Shown here: in pieces, positions 52,227-62,249 of the stretch
How the letters are laid out: every line of letters begins with the position of its first letter
Position numbering within the stretch: the stretch's first letter is position 1
Assembly (NCBI GenBank): GCA_965198005.1
Contig: CBDAOI010000004.1
Location: forward strand, 864,001 to 928,000
Source of the DNA: Spirochaetia bacterium
GTDB taxonomy: Bacteria > Spirochaetota > Spirochaetia > SZUA-6 > Bin103
Direction of reading: 5' to 3'
Length of the DNA stretch: 64,000 bases
Notes under the pieces: model-generated
What the model was told of the DNA's origin: nothing
Databases searched by the model: none
What the model saw: the letters and a program-made list of their open reading frames with translations, nothing else
Position numbers and translations under genes: made by a program

Positions 52227-52900
52227 TCATTTGCCATCACCGCTACGGGTGAGCGCCTGATCGTACCACATCAACAGCTTGGAGTCTTCCTGCAGCACCG
52301 CTTCGGGGACCTTGCGTGCGACCTCAATAATGGTGCCGTATTCGCTATCTTGCCAAGCTCTCCTGAACCCGGCGCGGATCGCCTCCACACGGAACACCCT
52401 GAGCCGGCTCTGCTTCGATGTCCGGTACCCTTCGAATTCGCGCAGCAGCGTCCGCTCCCGCAGCTTCTCCAGGTCACCTGCCTGGTTTGGGTCAGCGACA
52501 TACCAGCAGTCCTTTGCCTTCGCACGTAACGCGGAATCGTCCCCAGCGTCAGCGGAGAGCTGGTCACGGAGTCGGTTGGGGAGCGCGCCCGTAGCGGAGG
52601 AAATTCTGCTCCAGGAGATCCGCTAGCTCCAAGGCGCGCTCATGTTTCTGCCAGCCTCCGATCTCTCGCAGAAAACGCGGCTGGATACTCTGGAACGTCT
52701 GAGCATTCAGGCCCAACTCCCGCCGCAGCCACTGGATGGCGGACGATTCATCGACCACGAATATCTCGACCTGTGGCGCTTCCGTCACGGTCAGCCGCGC
52801 CCGATCGTACTCCACCACCTGATCGGGAAGAAAATACATCCCCTCGCGCTCCTGAAAGCGCTGCGACAGCCCTGCATAGAACTCGCCCGCCGACATCGGT
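52227..52900 (-). pseudogene. BREX-3 DNA methyltransferase copy 1, C-terminal part only
   Basis: [58 protein letters not shown]. Confidence 0.75.
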
Positions 52901-55222
52901 ACCGCAACCCAGGTACTCGACATCCTGAACGGTGTGGATGAGCTCTGACCGGTTAAGAACCTGCCCCGCCCCCTTCTTGCGCAACGACTCGACGACGTGC
53001 CGAGCGTACTTCGAGCGTGCGGGGTCGAGCCGGTCACCGTCGAGCAGTTCCAGGGCGTCGAGGACCTTTGCTGCCTGTTGCGTCTTTGGAGTGCCGGCGA
53101 TCCACCGCAAGGCGTCCCGAACCGCCTGCGGGCGGCTGTTCGCGGTGTGATAGTCCGAAAACGTCGGGTATTGCGGCGCCTCGTCCTCGAAATGGGCGGC
53201 TAGCGCAACCGACGAGGCTGCGTTCATCATCTCGGTGACGTTGGCCCGCGCGCCCGATCCGGTAGGCGTACCCTTGATCCATCCCATCAGGGGCTTGGTC
53301 CTCCCCCGGTAGGTGACCTCGAAGGCCGTGGCCATCCGTTCCTGCAGCCATTGCGTCAGATCCTGCAGGAAGCTGCGCGCTCTCCCATCGTACGCTTCCT
53401 TCGCGTGCCCCGATGTGCGCGAGGCAAGATCAAGCGCCGCGGCACAACTCCTGAGCGCGTGCCGCACGGTGTCGTCCTGGCCGGTGAATCGAAAGACCAC
53501 CTCGTCCGGCTTCTTCTGGTCCTGGAAGCGCGGTGGATCGTGCGGTTGGATGAAGTACAGGTAGAAGTCGCGCGGCGGGACCGCGGTGGACCGCTCGTTG
53601 GGCGCCCCGAAGAACAGGTAGCCGCGCCGCGATGCGTGACGCTCGCGCCACTCCAACTCGTGCTCCCAGATGCGGTAGCCGCTGACGTAGGTGGTGTCCG
53701 TGCACTCCAGCACGCGCTTGAGCGCCTCGTAGTAGTAGCGGTCGAGCTGCGCCTCGTCGAGCGTTTCGACGCGCTTCTCGATCAAGGCGTCGTAATCGTC
53801 GGTCTTCTTGAGGTCGAGGTAGTGCTGCCGGTTGTCGGCGTTCGCGGAGATGAACTGACCGCTGACGGTCCGCCTGATCTCACGCAGGACGGTCTCGACT
53901 AGCGTCAGCAGGTCGTCCGCCGGCTCGCCGCCGAGGTCCTCGATCCCCGCTTGGTAGAGACACAGGCCGTCCCGGAGTTCTTCCGCGGTGGCACCGAGCG
54001 GCGCGTGGATGTCCTGGTGGGTAAGGCGGTGGACCGACAGTCCGTGGATGATCCGCAGCGCAAGCGGCCGGTAGGCCGGGCGGGTGAACGCCTGCTTGAT
54101 GCGCGCCTCCAGCACTTGGCTGCAATCGATCACCGCCTTGATGTCGGGGTCGGCACGGAATGCGGGATTCTCGCGCAACGTGCCCCAGTAGGCGTCGTAG
54201 GCGATCAGACCTGGGCTGTCAGACGGCAGTTCGCGGTCGATGATCCGCTTCATCGCGACCGAGAGCGCCTTCAGTACCTCACGCTTCTCGATCACCGTGA
54301 TTCGCTCGAAGGTGTCGATGAAATCGGGGTGCACCGGAAACAGGCGCACGAACTCGTCCAGCCGCTCGTTCATGTTGCCGTAGAACTTCGTGAACGGCGA
54401 CAGGTAGTCCCGGATCTGCGTCTGCTGCTCGCCGCTCTTCTTGAGCAGCCGTTGGGAGACCACGAACTTCACGTCCGTTCGGGCGATGAGAAGCTGATCG
54501 AAGCGATCCTTGACGCGGCGCAGACTATCTGCCACGGGGGCGAATCGGTGGCTGTCGAAGATCGCTTCCTGCACGCCGGCCACGAAGCGGAAACGGAGGT
54601 CCTTGCACACCTCGCCCACCTCGCGCAGGAAGTTCAGGTCGAGGACCAGTGCCTGATCTCTGCGGCTCTTGAGGTAGTCGAGCAACTCGTCCACCACGAG
54701 CAGCAACCCGTGATCGGGGTACTGGCGGTGGAACGCCGCCATCATCTCCTCGAATGCCCGCTTGTGGTTCGGGATGGTGTCTCGGGACGGGAATCGGTAC
54801 TCGACGCCCCACGTGGTGAGCGCCTCCTCAAGCTGGGAGCAGACGAACTCGCGGAAGTCCATCGTGGTAGCGCCCAACTCGGTGCGAGCCACCTTGAACC
54901 GGCCGGCAATCCGGCGCGCCGCGGCAACCAGGTCCTCGTTGGTGAGCGCATCGAGCAGCTCTCCGCGCTCCGCCACCGCCGAGATGACCGACATCAGGTG
55001 GGACTTGCCCGTCCCGTAGTTGCCCACCACCAGGAATCCCTTGTTGTCGGCCGGCTCGTCGAACTGAAGCTGGGGGATCAGGACGGCGGCGAGCTTCTCG
55101 GCCATCTCGTTGCTCACCACGTAGGTGGCCACCAGCCGGTGGGCAGCCGACTCGTGATCGGCGTCGCGCAACTGCACTACCGTCTCGATCGGCTCGAACT
55201 GAATCAGGTCGCGGTAGGTCAT
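52900..55222 (-). pseudogene. brxC: BREX-3 BrxC/DUF6079 ATPase, truncated and deletion-joined to the MTase
   Basis: [40 protein letters not shown]. Confidence 0.85.
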
Positions 55223-55238
55223 CGTGTGTCGTCTCCCT

Positions 55239-55718
55239 CTACGGTACCGCCGAAGGGACCACGATCACCAGACCGGCTGTCGGGTAGCGACGGTACTCAG
55301 AATGACCGGGATCCGCGTAGCTCAGGTAGCGGTGGTCGACCGTGCCGTTCCAGGACGCAACGATCGTCCGGTTGCGCGACACGTGCTGCAGCAGGCGGAG
55401 GGGATCCTGCTGCAGCACCGGGTCGAACAGAATCTCGGTGTTGTCCAGTAGGACGAGAGGCGAGTCCCGTCCCAGGATCTCATCCAGGGCGCGGGTCAAC
55501 TCAAGGACCCGACGGCGCACGGTGAGCTCCAGCAACCGGCGGGACAGCTCCAGGTTGAGGTTCAGCACCGGCACGCTGGTGCGTGCCGCGACCGCCCGTA
55601 GCGTCGCTGTCTTCCCCGCTCCGCTGGGAGCGGCCACGAGGATCAGGCGATGGTACAGATCGCCGGCCGCCTCGACGTGCGCGAGGATTGTCTCCACTGG
55701 AGAATCTTGTGCATCCAT
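55239..55718 (-). CDS. brxF: BREX-3 P-loop protein BrxF
   Basis: [37 protein letters not shown]. Confidence 0.88.
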   Translation of the reverse strand: MDAQDSPVETILAHVEAAGDLYHRLILVAAPSGAGKTATLRAVAARTSVPVLNLNLELSRRLLELTVRRRVLELTRALDEILGRDSPLVLLDNTEILFDPVLQQDPLRLLQHVSRNRTIVASWNGTVDHRYLSYADPGHSEYRRYPTAGLVIVVPSAVP

Positions 55719-56154
55719 CGTTCGTGCTCGTTGACCGCCAAGTGGGCTCCCGTCTCGACGACCGATCTTGGTTCATTCGGCCACCGACGGCAACGAGAAA
55801 CCGTTACAGCGCCTTTACACCTCAAACAATTAGCCACATATCTTGCGATCTGATCGGCCCTGATCCCGGCGGTCGGGTAGTGATTCTCCAATTGAGCGAA
55901 ATCGCCCTGATGTTGGCCGGTTGGTCCCGTCTGCCTTTGAATTGATCCCAGTACACGGTAAGCTGGGGTGAAGTGTGCCCCGCCGAGGGCGGGCGCGGCA
56001 AGCGCAGCCGGTGAGTTGGCGTCACGTCGTCTTGGACTCTCGGACTCTCATCGTTCGCACGGACCTCATCGGCAGCTCACTGGAGATGCATCATCACTTC
56101 TTGGTTACAGGTCGGGCTCGACAGCAGATTCGGCTCGAAGCAGGGAGGAATAGG

Positions 56155-57930
56155 GTGAGAACCGCCTTTCTTGCGATATTTGGAGCGATCGCGGCAACCA
56201 CGATACCACAGGTGGCGTGGTCCGATTCCCAGCAGCCCGCCGAGCAGGGTCGATCCGGAGTCGCCTTCGCGAGCCACGACGACCCTGGCTGGACTGCGAT
56301 CGAGCGGCGCGCATGGGCGCAAATCACCGCCGGGCGCGAGGTGAGGTTACCCGGCAAGTGCCCTGATTGGCAGGCCACCGACCAGCCATCCAGCGACGAG
56401 GTCGACCCCTCGACCCACACACTCAGCGGTCGGTTTGTCCAGCAAATCCTGACTGAGCCCTTCTCCATGGCCATTTCCAGCAACCGGCCCCTTGTGATTC
56501 ATGGGGCGCTGATTGTTGGAGATATAGAGCTGGAAGGCGGTGTGAGCAGTGCTCCCCTGCTGATTGACTGTTCCACCGTTGAGGGTAACATCATCTTTGA
56601 AGAGTGGGAGTTCCTGAGACGCGTGGAGTTCTCACGCGTGAGAGTAGTTGAGTCGATCCAGTTCTTCGATGTCGAGGCGCGGTCGCGTGTTACCGTTCGC
56701 CATAGCGATGTCGACAGTGTGAAGCTCATGAGAAGCCGTATCGGCCAGGATCTCTCGTTCAGACACACGCGGGTCCGTACTGAACTCAAGATCGTCTCCA
56801 CGAGTGTGGGAGCGTCGCTGCTCATGGGTTGTCATGTTGATTCACTCGATTCTCGTTGCGGACATTATGGGCGAACGCACTTCCTTAATGTTGCAGCGTT
56901 GTACGGGATCGATCTGATTGGGAGTCTCTTTTCCGACGAAGTGCACTTCGACGAGATCGATGTTGGGGCGAGTTTGTAGGCGCGTGACGTTGTCTACCTG
57001 AAGGGATTGAGGATGGTGGGGGGCGTGATTCGCGGCCGGTTTGAGATGCCGCGAGCCGCTGTTAAGGGAGTCATGCATCTTGATGGTATCATTGTTAGGG
57101 GTGGTATCAACCTGCACGATGGAACCTATCGTGGCGTCAGTGTTATTGGTGCTGAAGTCGGTCGCCAACTCGACATCAGAGCATCGGATTTGCGATTGCT
57201 GGACCTCAGCGGGACAACCGTCCAGGGGGCGCTTCGCTTCGGATCATCAGATCGGGAAGTTGACTGGGGTAGTCCAGCTGAGGACGCGCGTGTCATCGCC
57301 CACAACACGCGGGTGGAAACGTTGCAAGATACCGAAGACTCATGGCCCCCCTGGTTGCGGCGGGAGCTTGACGGATTCGAGTACGACAACCTTGGCGGAC
57401 ATGACAGCGAGTCTGAGGACACTGCCTATTTGCGGGGTACAGAGTGGTTTATCGCGTGGCTCGCCGGCGATGAGACGTACTCGCCGCAGCCCTACAGGCA
57501 TCTAAGCGCGCTACTCCGTAGGGAAGGGCAACGGGAGGCCGCGAGCGCTATCCTCTTTGAAGCGAAGGAGCGGGAGCGCACCGCGTTGCCACGGGGCAGT
57601 TGGCACCGGTGGTGGCTCGGGGTCCAGCGCTTGACGGTAGGGTACGGAGTGGGTTTGAAGGCGTTTTATGCCTTATTCTGGATGGCGGGGTTTGGCGTCC
57701 TCGGGTGGGTTTTCGCGTGTTGTGCCACTCGGAAGCAGACTGTGAGCCGTTGCACGCTGTTCTGGTACAGCATGTCCTACACGGTGCCTGGGTTCAGCCT
57801 GAGCAACCAGGACAAGGTCACTTTGCCGGGCTTCTGGTTCTGGAGAAGCTGGTTCTACGTGCAGCGCTTGATTTGCTACGCGCTTGCGCTGGTCGCCGGA
57901 GCGGCCGCTGTCGGCGTTGTCCAGCCGTAG
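56155..57930 (+). pseudogene. Beta-helix-like repeat protein with C-terminal membrane segments, one in-frame TAG at 56977
   Basis: ORFs 55975..56979 and 57007..57930 are in the same frame; signal-like N-terminus; PQPYRHLSALLRREG and VGYG; start position approximate. Confidence 0.65.
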
Positions 57931-57944
57931 AACCCCGGGGAAAA

Positions 57945-58068
57945 CGGAGAGTCTCGATCCTTCGTGGGGGAGTACGCGCCAGAGTCTCTCGACGATCTCG
58001 GCTCCCGGCTCATCGAAGTAGTGGGCCAGTATGGCGGACGTGTCCAGAACGTGAGTGACCGCTCTCAC
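57945..58068 (-). pseudogene. Truncated VapC/PIN toxin
   Basis: THVLDTSAILAHYFDEPGAEIVE, then similarity ends. Confidence 0.7.
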
Positions 58069-58319
58069 AGTATGTCGTCCTCTCGTTCACGTTCTCGCAC
58101 GAGGGCGTCCACAGCGCTGCCCGACCGCTGCCGGTACCGCACCCCACGGCCGCGGAGCCCTGCGGCGACCGCGGCGACGCTCGGGAGCACGCGAATCTCC
58201 AGAACGTGCTCGCGCTCGGTAAGGCTCCACTGAAGTCGGGTTCCCGGCTCGATCGCCTCGGCAACGGCAACCCCGGCCGGGACCGTCACCTGGTTTTTCC
58301 CCGTGACTGTAGTAGTCAT
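58065..58319 (-). CDS. AbrB/MazE-family antitoxin
   Basis: MTTTVTGKNQVTVPA...IEPGTRL; overlaps the VapC start. Confidence 0.8.
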   Translation of the reverse strand: MTTTVTGKNQVTVPAGVAVAEAIEPGTRLQWSLTEREHVLEIRVLPSVAAVAAGLRGRGVRYRQRSGSAVDALVREREREDDIL

Positions 58320-58413
58320 GGGTACAGGATACTCAAGGGACTTGTCTCGTCGTCTCGTCAAGTATAATTGTCTGCACGTCGCACCCAATCGGCGGGGTGT
58401 GGTAGGGTGGCGC

Positions 58414-59358
58414 ATGGGGATTCCGAACGAGGGAGAGCGGGCCGGGGCGCTGGATCGCGCGAAGGGTGCGCTGATCGGTCTGGCGCTTGGTGACGCGCTC
58501 GGGACGACGCTCGAATTCTCGGCGCGCGACTCGCGGGCGCCCGTCACCGACCTGGTGGGGGGCGGCCCCTTTGGGCTCGCGCCCGGGCAGTGGACCGACG
58601 ATACCAGCATGGCGCTGTGTCTCGCGGAATCCCTGGTCGAACGGGGAGGGCTTGACGTGCGCGACCTGATCGAGCGCTTCTGCAAGTGGTCGGAGGAAGG
58701 CTACAACTCGGTTACGGGGGAGTGCTTCGACATCGGCAACGCTACGGCTGCCGCGTTGCAGTCCTACCGCGATACCGGCGAGCCGCTGAGCGGCAGTACG
58801 GATGCGGGCAGTGCCGGCAACGGTTCGCTGATGCGCCTGTCGCCCGTGGTGATCCGCTGGGGTCATGATCGCGGGCAGGCCGTGGCGGCCGCGCGGTTGC
58901 AGAGCCGCACCACGCACGGTGCCGCGCAGGCGGTGGAGGCGTGCGCGCTGTTCGCCGAGGTGCTGGTCGAGGCACTGGCCGGCGCGCCGAAGGACACGGT
59001 CCTGCGGGCGAGGGCCTGGGACGGCGATGCCGGAGTCGCCTCCGTGGCGGCGGGTGCGTGGCGTGCCAAGGAGCGCACGGCCATCCGCTCCACCGGGTAC
59101 GTGCTGCACACCCTCGAAGCGGCGCTGTGGTGCGTGGCCCGGACCGATTCGATTGCGGATGCCCTGATTCTCGCTGTCAATCTCGGGGACGACGCAGATT
59201 CGGTCGGCGCCGTCACGGGACAGCTTGCCGGCGCGCTGTGGGGAATGTCGGGCGCGCCCGCGGCGTGGCTCGACAGACTCGCCTGGCGCGAGCGGATCGA
59301 GGCATTGGCTGCGGACCTGTTCGCCGCCGCCGAGCGCGAGCAGGCCGAGAGGCACTGA
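58414..59358 (+). CDS. ADP-ribosylglycohydrolase (DraG/Tri1-like)
   Basis: GLALGDALG, GQWTDDT, AGNGSLMR, TTH, NLGDDADSVGA. Confidence 0.93.
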   Translation: MGIPNEGERAGALDRAKGALIGLALGDALGTTLEFSARDSRAPVTDLVGGGPFGLAPGQWTDDTSMALCLAESLVERGGLDVRDLIERFCKWSEEGYNSVTGECFDIGNATAAALQSYRDTGEPLSGSTDAGSAGNGSLMRLSPVVIRWGHDRGQAVAAARLQSRTTHGAAQAVEACALFAEVLVEALAGAPKDTVLRARAWDGDAGVASVAAGAWRAKERTAIRSTGYVLHTLEAALWCVARTDSIADALILAVNLGDDADSVGAVTGQLAGALWGMSGAPAAWLDRLAWRERIEALAADLFAAAEREQAERH

Positions 59359-59808
59359 CCACGCAGCCGCTCGGCATGCACCGGCCGCACCGGCCGCGTG
59401 CCGTCAGCGGCATCATTCCTTGCGGACCGCGTGGTATCGCCACGCTACGGGCAGTGGCGCGGAGCTACCGGCGTGGCCGTCTGTGACAGATCGACCTGAC
59501 CACCGATGAGGATAGGTTTCATCAACTGACAGATGAAATTATTTCCTTATACCATAACAATTTAGTGCCGGTGAGTAGTACAGATTGCGAAAGTCGAACA
59601 ACTCTTGTCAGATTCAGCGACGGGTCGCTTGACAAGTCTTGACTTCACCCAAACAATGAGCGTGGACGGCCCGATGGGTGGGTTCCCTTAAGCTCCTGCG
59701 TACAGTATACTTAGAGATTGAGAATTTAGTTTAGACCCAAAATGTCTATCAGGAGGAGGAGGTGTTGTCCCGCTGCTTATGTCATGGGACAAACGTTAGG
59801 AGTGTGCA

Positions 59809-60441
59809 GTGTCTATTGAAGTAACGGATTGCCTATCCGCTAGTGTTGTGGTGGTTGGGGTGGGTCTCCTGGGTTCCGAACAAGAATTGAAGTCCTTCAG
59901 CGACTCAATTCCTACCGAGATCGTTGTCGAGAACCGACTCGGTCCCGAAGGATCTTTGGGACGCAGGCTACAGTTCAATAAAGACAGAATACTAATCGAG
60001 ATAACTCCACAACGATCATCGATAAGACAAGAATATCCATCAGATGACCTGTCAATCCTGGCGGGAGTGGCCGGGAACGCCATTAAGCATACTACGAATG
60101 TCCAAGATATTAGAGCGCATGGGTATAATGTAGATCTTGTCTATGCGCAAAACTCTGCGATCTCTGCATCTTCATATATTGCAAAAAGGATGTTTTCGAC
60201 CTTTCCGAAAAACGAGGCTTGGAAGGTTATCGGTGGACATGCCGGATTGCGCTTCCAAAGTAACGACGGTAGGATGTGGATCGCTGATATAGAACCGAGG
60301 TTCCGTCAAGACGACACCAACAAGATCTACTTTCGTCTCAATCTACACGTTCAAGGTCGACCTGATACAGACACAATACATGATCTCTTACGCCGGACTC
60401 GGCACGAAGCAGAAGGTTTTGTAGCTCGGTTAGATGGTTGA
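59809..60441 (+). CDS. Hypothetical protein, TIGR04255-like pattern
   Basis: aggag RBS, GTG start; beta-rich with IRAHGYNVD and IEPR...YFRLNLH; lower GC than flanks. Confidence 0.55.
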   Translation: MSIEVTDCLSASVVVVGVGLLGSEQELKSFSDSIPTEIVVENRLGPEGSLGRRLQFNKDRILIEITPQRSSIRQEYPSDDLSILAGVAGNAIKHTTNVQDIRAHGYNVDLVYAQNSAISASSYIAKRMFSTFPKNEAWKVIGGHAGLRFQSNDGRMWIADIEPRFRQDDTNKIYFRLNLHVQGRPDTDTIHDLLRRTRHEAEGFVARLDG

Positions 60442-60451
60442 GGGACTGTAA

Positions 60452-61255
60452 GTGACAATCGAGAGTCCTGCTGTTAGCGCGACAACAGCGAATCCGTGGC
60501 GTCATGATGGGACCACACCGTTCGCAGAAGCGAATACACTCATATCTGCGGCAACATGGCAACCATTCACAACAACGGATGTAGTGGTACATCGTAGCCG
60601 TACAGTCCGCCCTATAGAATGCATAGAATGCGAGGCAGATCCCAATCCGCAAGAGTGGGGGCTTGCACCTCTGAATCCCCAACCTCATATGGACCGATGG
60701 TCGAATGAGCGTATGGTGCTACCTCCTCAGCGTGTGCTTGATGCGCGTGGTGGTCTACGCCTGCCGTATTCTTCCGGTGGGCCAAATGACCTAGCAGCAC
60801 CGCCCAATTCGGCGTCGGTTGAAAACGGTAATGAAGAAGCTACTCTTTTCTATCTAGGATCGTATTCTGGGCACATTGCAAGGGAAGTTAGCCGGCAAAT
60901 CAATGTAGCTTCAAATCGCTGGTTACTGTCTAAGCTGGAGGACCTGCGTAGTTCGGGTGACAGCTATGTGTATCCTGGGGGCAGAAGGCCATCTGAGACA
61001 GCTTTTCGTGATGCTGGCTTATTCATACTGAAGCTTCCGACGCTAAGCATGTATCCCAAAGTCGCACTGGTCGCGGATGGAGAGATCAACTTTCTTTGGA
61101 AGCATGGCACGGTTCATGTCGATCTCGGATTTTACGGCGACGGAGAAGGTTCTTACTACGCAAGAGACAAGAACGGTAGCGAGTATTTTTGTGATGGATT
61201 TCCGGCATCGAAAGGGTTGCCCGCCGAAATAGCGTCGTTATTTGAAGTAGAATAG
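60452..61255 (+). CDS. Hypothetical protein with low-complexity N-terminal half and compact C-terminal domain
   Basis: Pro/Thr-rich N-terminus; C-terminal PSETAFRDA..F...PKVALVADGEINFLW...DLGFYGDG..SYY. Confidence 0.6.
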   Translation: MTIESPAVSATTANPWRHDGTTPFAEANTLISAATWQPFTTTDVVVHRSRTVRPIECIECEADPNPQEWGLAPLNPQPHMDRWSNERMVLPPQRVLDARGGLRLPYSSGGPNDLAAPPNSASVENGNEEATLFYLGSYSGHIAREVSRQINVASNRWLLSKLEDLRSSGDSYVYPGGRRPSETAFRDAGLFILKLPTLSMYPKVALVADGEINFLWKHGTVHVDLGFYGDGEGSYYARDKNGSEYFCDGFPASKGLPAEIASLFEVE

Positions 61256-61261
61256 TCAATC

Positions 61262-61759
61262 TTGCCGATGCGTCCCTTGCCTCACTTGAACGAAAGGGTC
61301 AGCGCGGCACCCGGTTTGTCTCCGGGTGTTGTTGGTGATAAAGAAATCCTGCTCCGGGAAATGTACGAACCTCATCACGTAAAAGACGGTGCCGTCCAAG
61401 AACAGGCTATACCGGCTCTGGAACTACTTTACGATGGTTTTTCCGTCCATAGATTCCGATTTGTAGCTCGGGAATTCATCGAACAGTCCATAGATACGAA
61501 ACTATCAAGAAAGAAGGACAGGTGGAAATTTGATGGTTTGGCGAATCTAAATGCTGGTCTGGTACGCAGAATAGCCTTTGACAATACACCGGCCTTCGTC
61601 GTTATCGACACGGCTTGCGCAGACAACAGGTATCACGCAAGTATACTTGCTGCGGCACATCCCAACCGAAACCGGTCCAGGGCAAGGAAGCTCCGAAGTC
61701 TGCTACTCCCTTACTTGGAGAATCGTGTGCCGCTGAAGTCATTTCAATTCATTTCATAA
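61262..61759 (+). CDS. Hypothetical protein, possible ART/RES-like fold
   Basis: SPGVVGDKEILLR...P.H...GFSVHR...VIDT...N.YHASI; basic C-terminal helix. Confidence 0.55.
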   Translation: MPMRPLPHLNERVSAAPGLSPGVVGDKEILLREMYEPHHVKDGAVQEQAIPALELLYDGFSVHRFRFVAREFIEQSIDTKLSRKKDRWKFDGLANLNAGLVRRIAFDNTPAFVVIDTACADNRYHASILAAAHPNRNRSRARKLRSLLLPYLENRVPLKSFQFIS

Positions 61760-61885
61760 AGAGGGCTGACGGCCGAGATGACTACCAAACGAACCCCGCG
61801 CTTGTCGTGCCTTACCAAGCTACCCTTCAGGTCGCTACGGCCGCGGTTCACACGGGTGTAGAGTGCGAAGCTGCCCGCCCTGGCG

Positions 61886-61940
61886 GTAGTCGCCGGTTTA
61901 CTCCGCAAGCTCGCTCGGCGGGGGTGAACCCGGCGCCTGC
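61886..61940. repeat. Imperfect inverted repeat resembling a GTAG-type REP doublet
   Basis: gtagtcgccggtttactccgc ... gcgggggtgaacccggcgcctgc. Confidence 0.4.
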
Positions 61941-62019
61941 AGACGAGTTGCACGAGTCCGGTGCGTTGACATCCGGCCCGCCGGCGGATACGTTGCGGGC
62001 CGACAGATATCAAGGCCAA

Positions 62020-62200
62020 CCCGCCCGGTGCTGTTCGGATGCCGTGAGGGCAACGAAGAGGTAACAGGGAAAGCGGTGTGAATCCGCTGCGGAGGTGCCC
62101 ACTGTGACCGGTGAGCCGGCCGCTGCAAGCCACTGTCCTCAGGGCGGGACGGGAAGGGGGCGGCGCAGGCGACGACCCGGGAGCCAGGAGACCTGCCGGG
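62020..62200 (+). ncRNA. Cobalamin riboswitch
   Basis: ccggtg...aacagggaa.gcggtgtgaatccgc...cactgt...gccactg...gggaagg...agccaggagacctgcc, upstream of btuC/btuF-like genes. Confidence 0.92.
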
Positions 62201-62249
62201 CAGGGCTGAGTGGCCGCTTTCCGTCCAGGGAGCGCCTCGGGTCGAGCCA

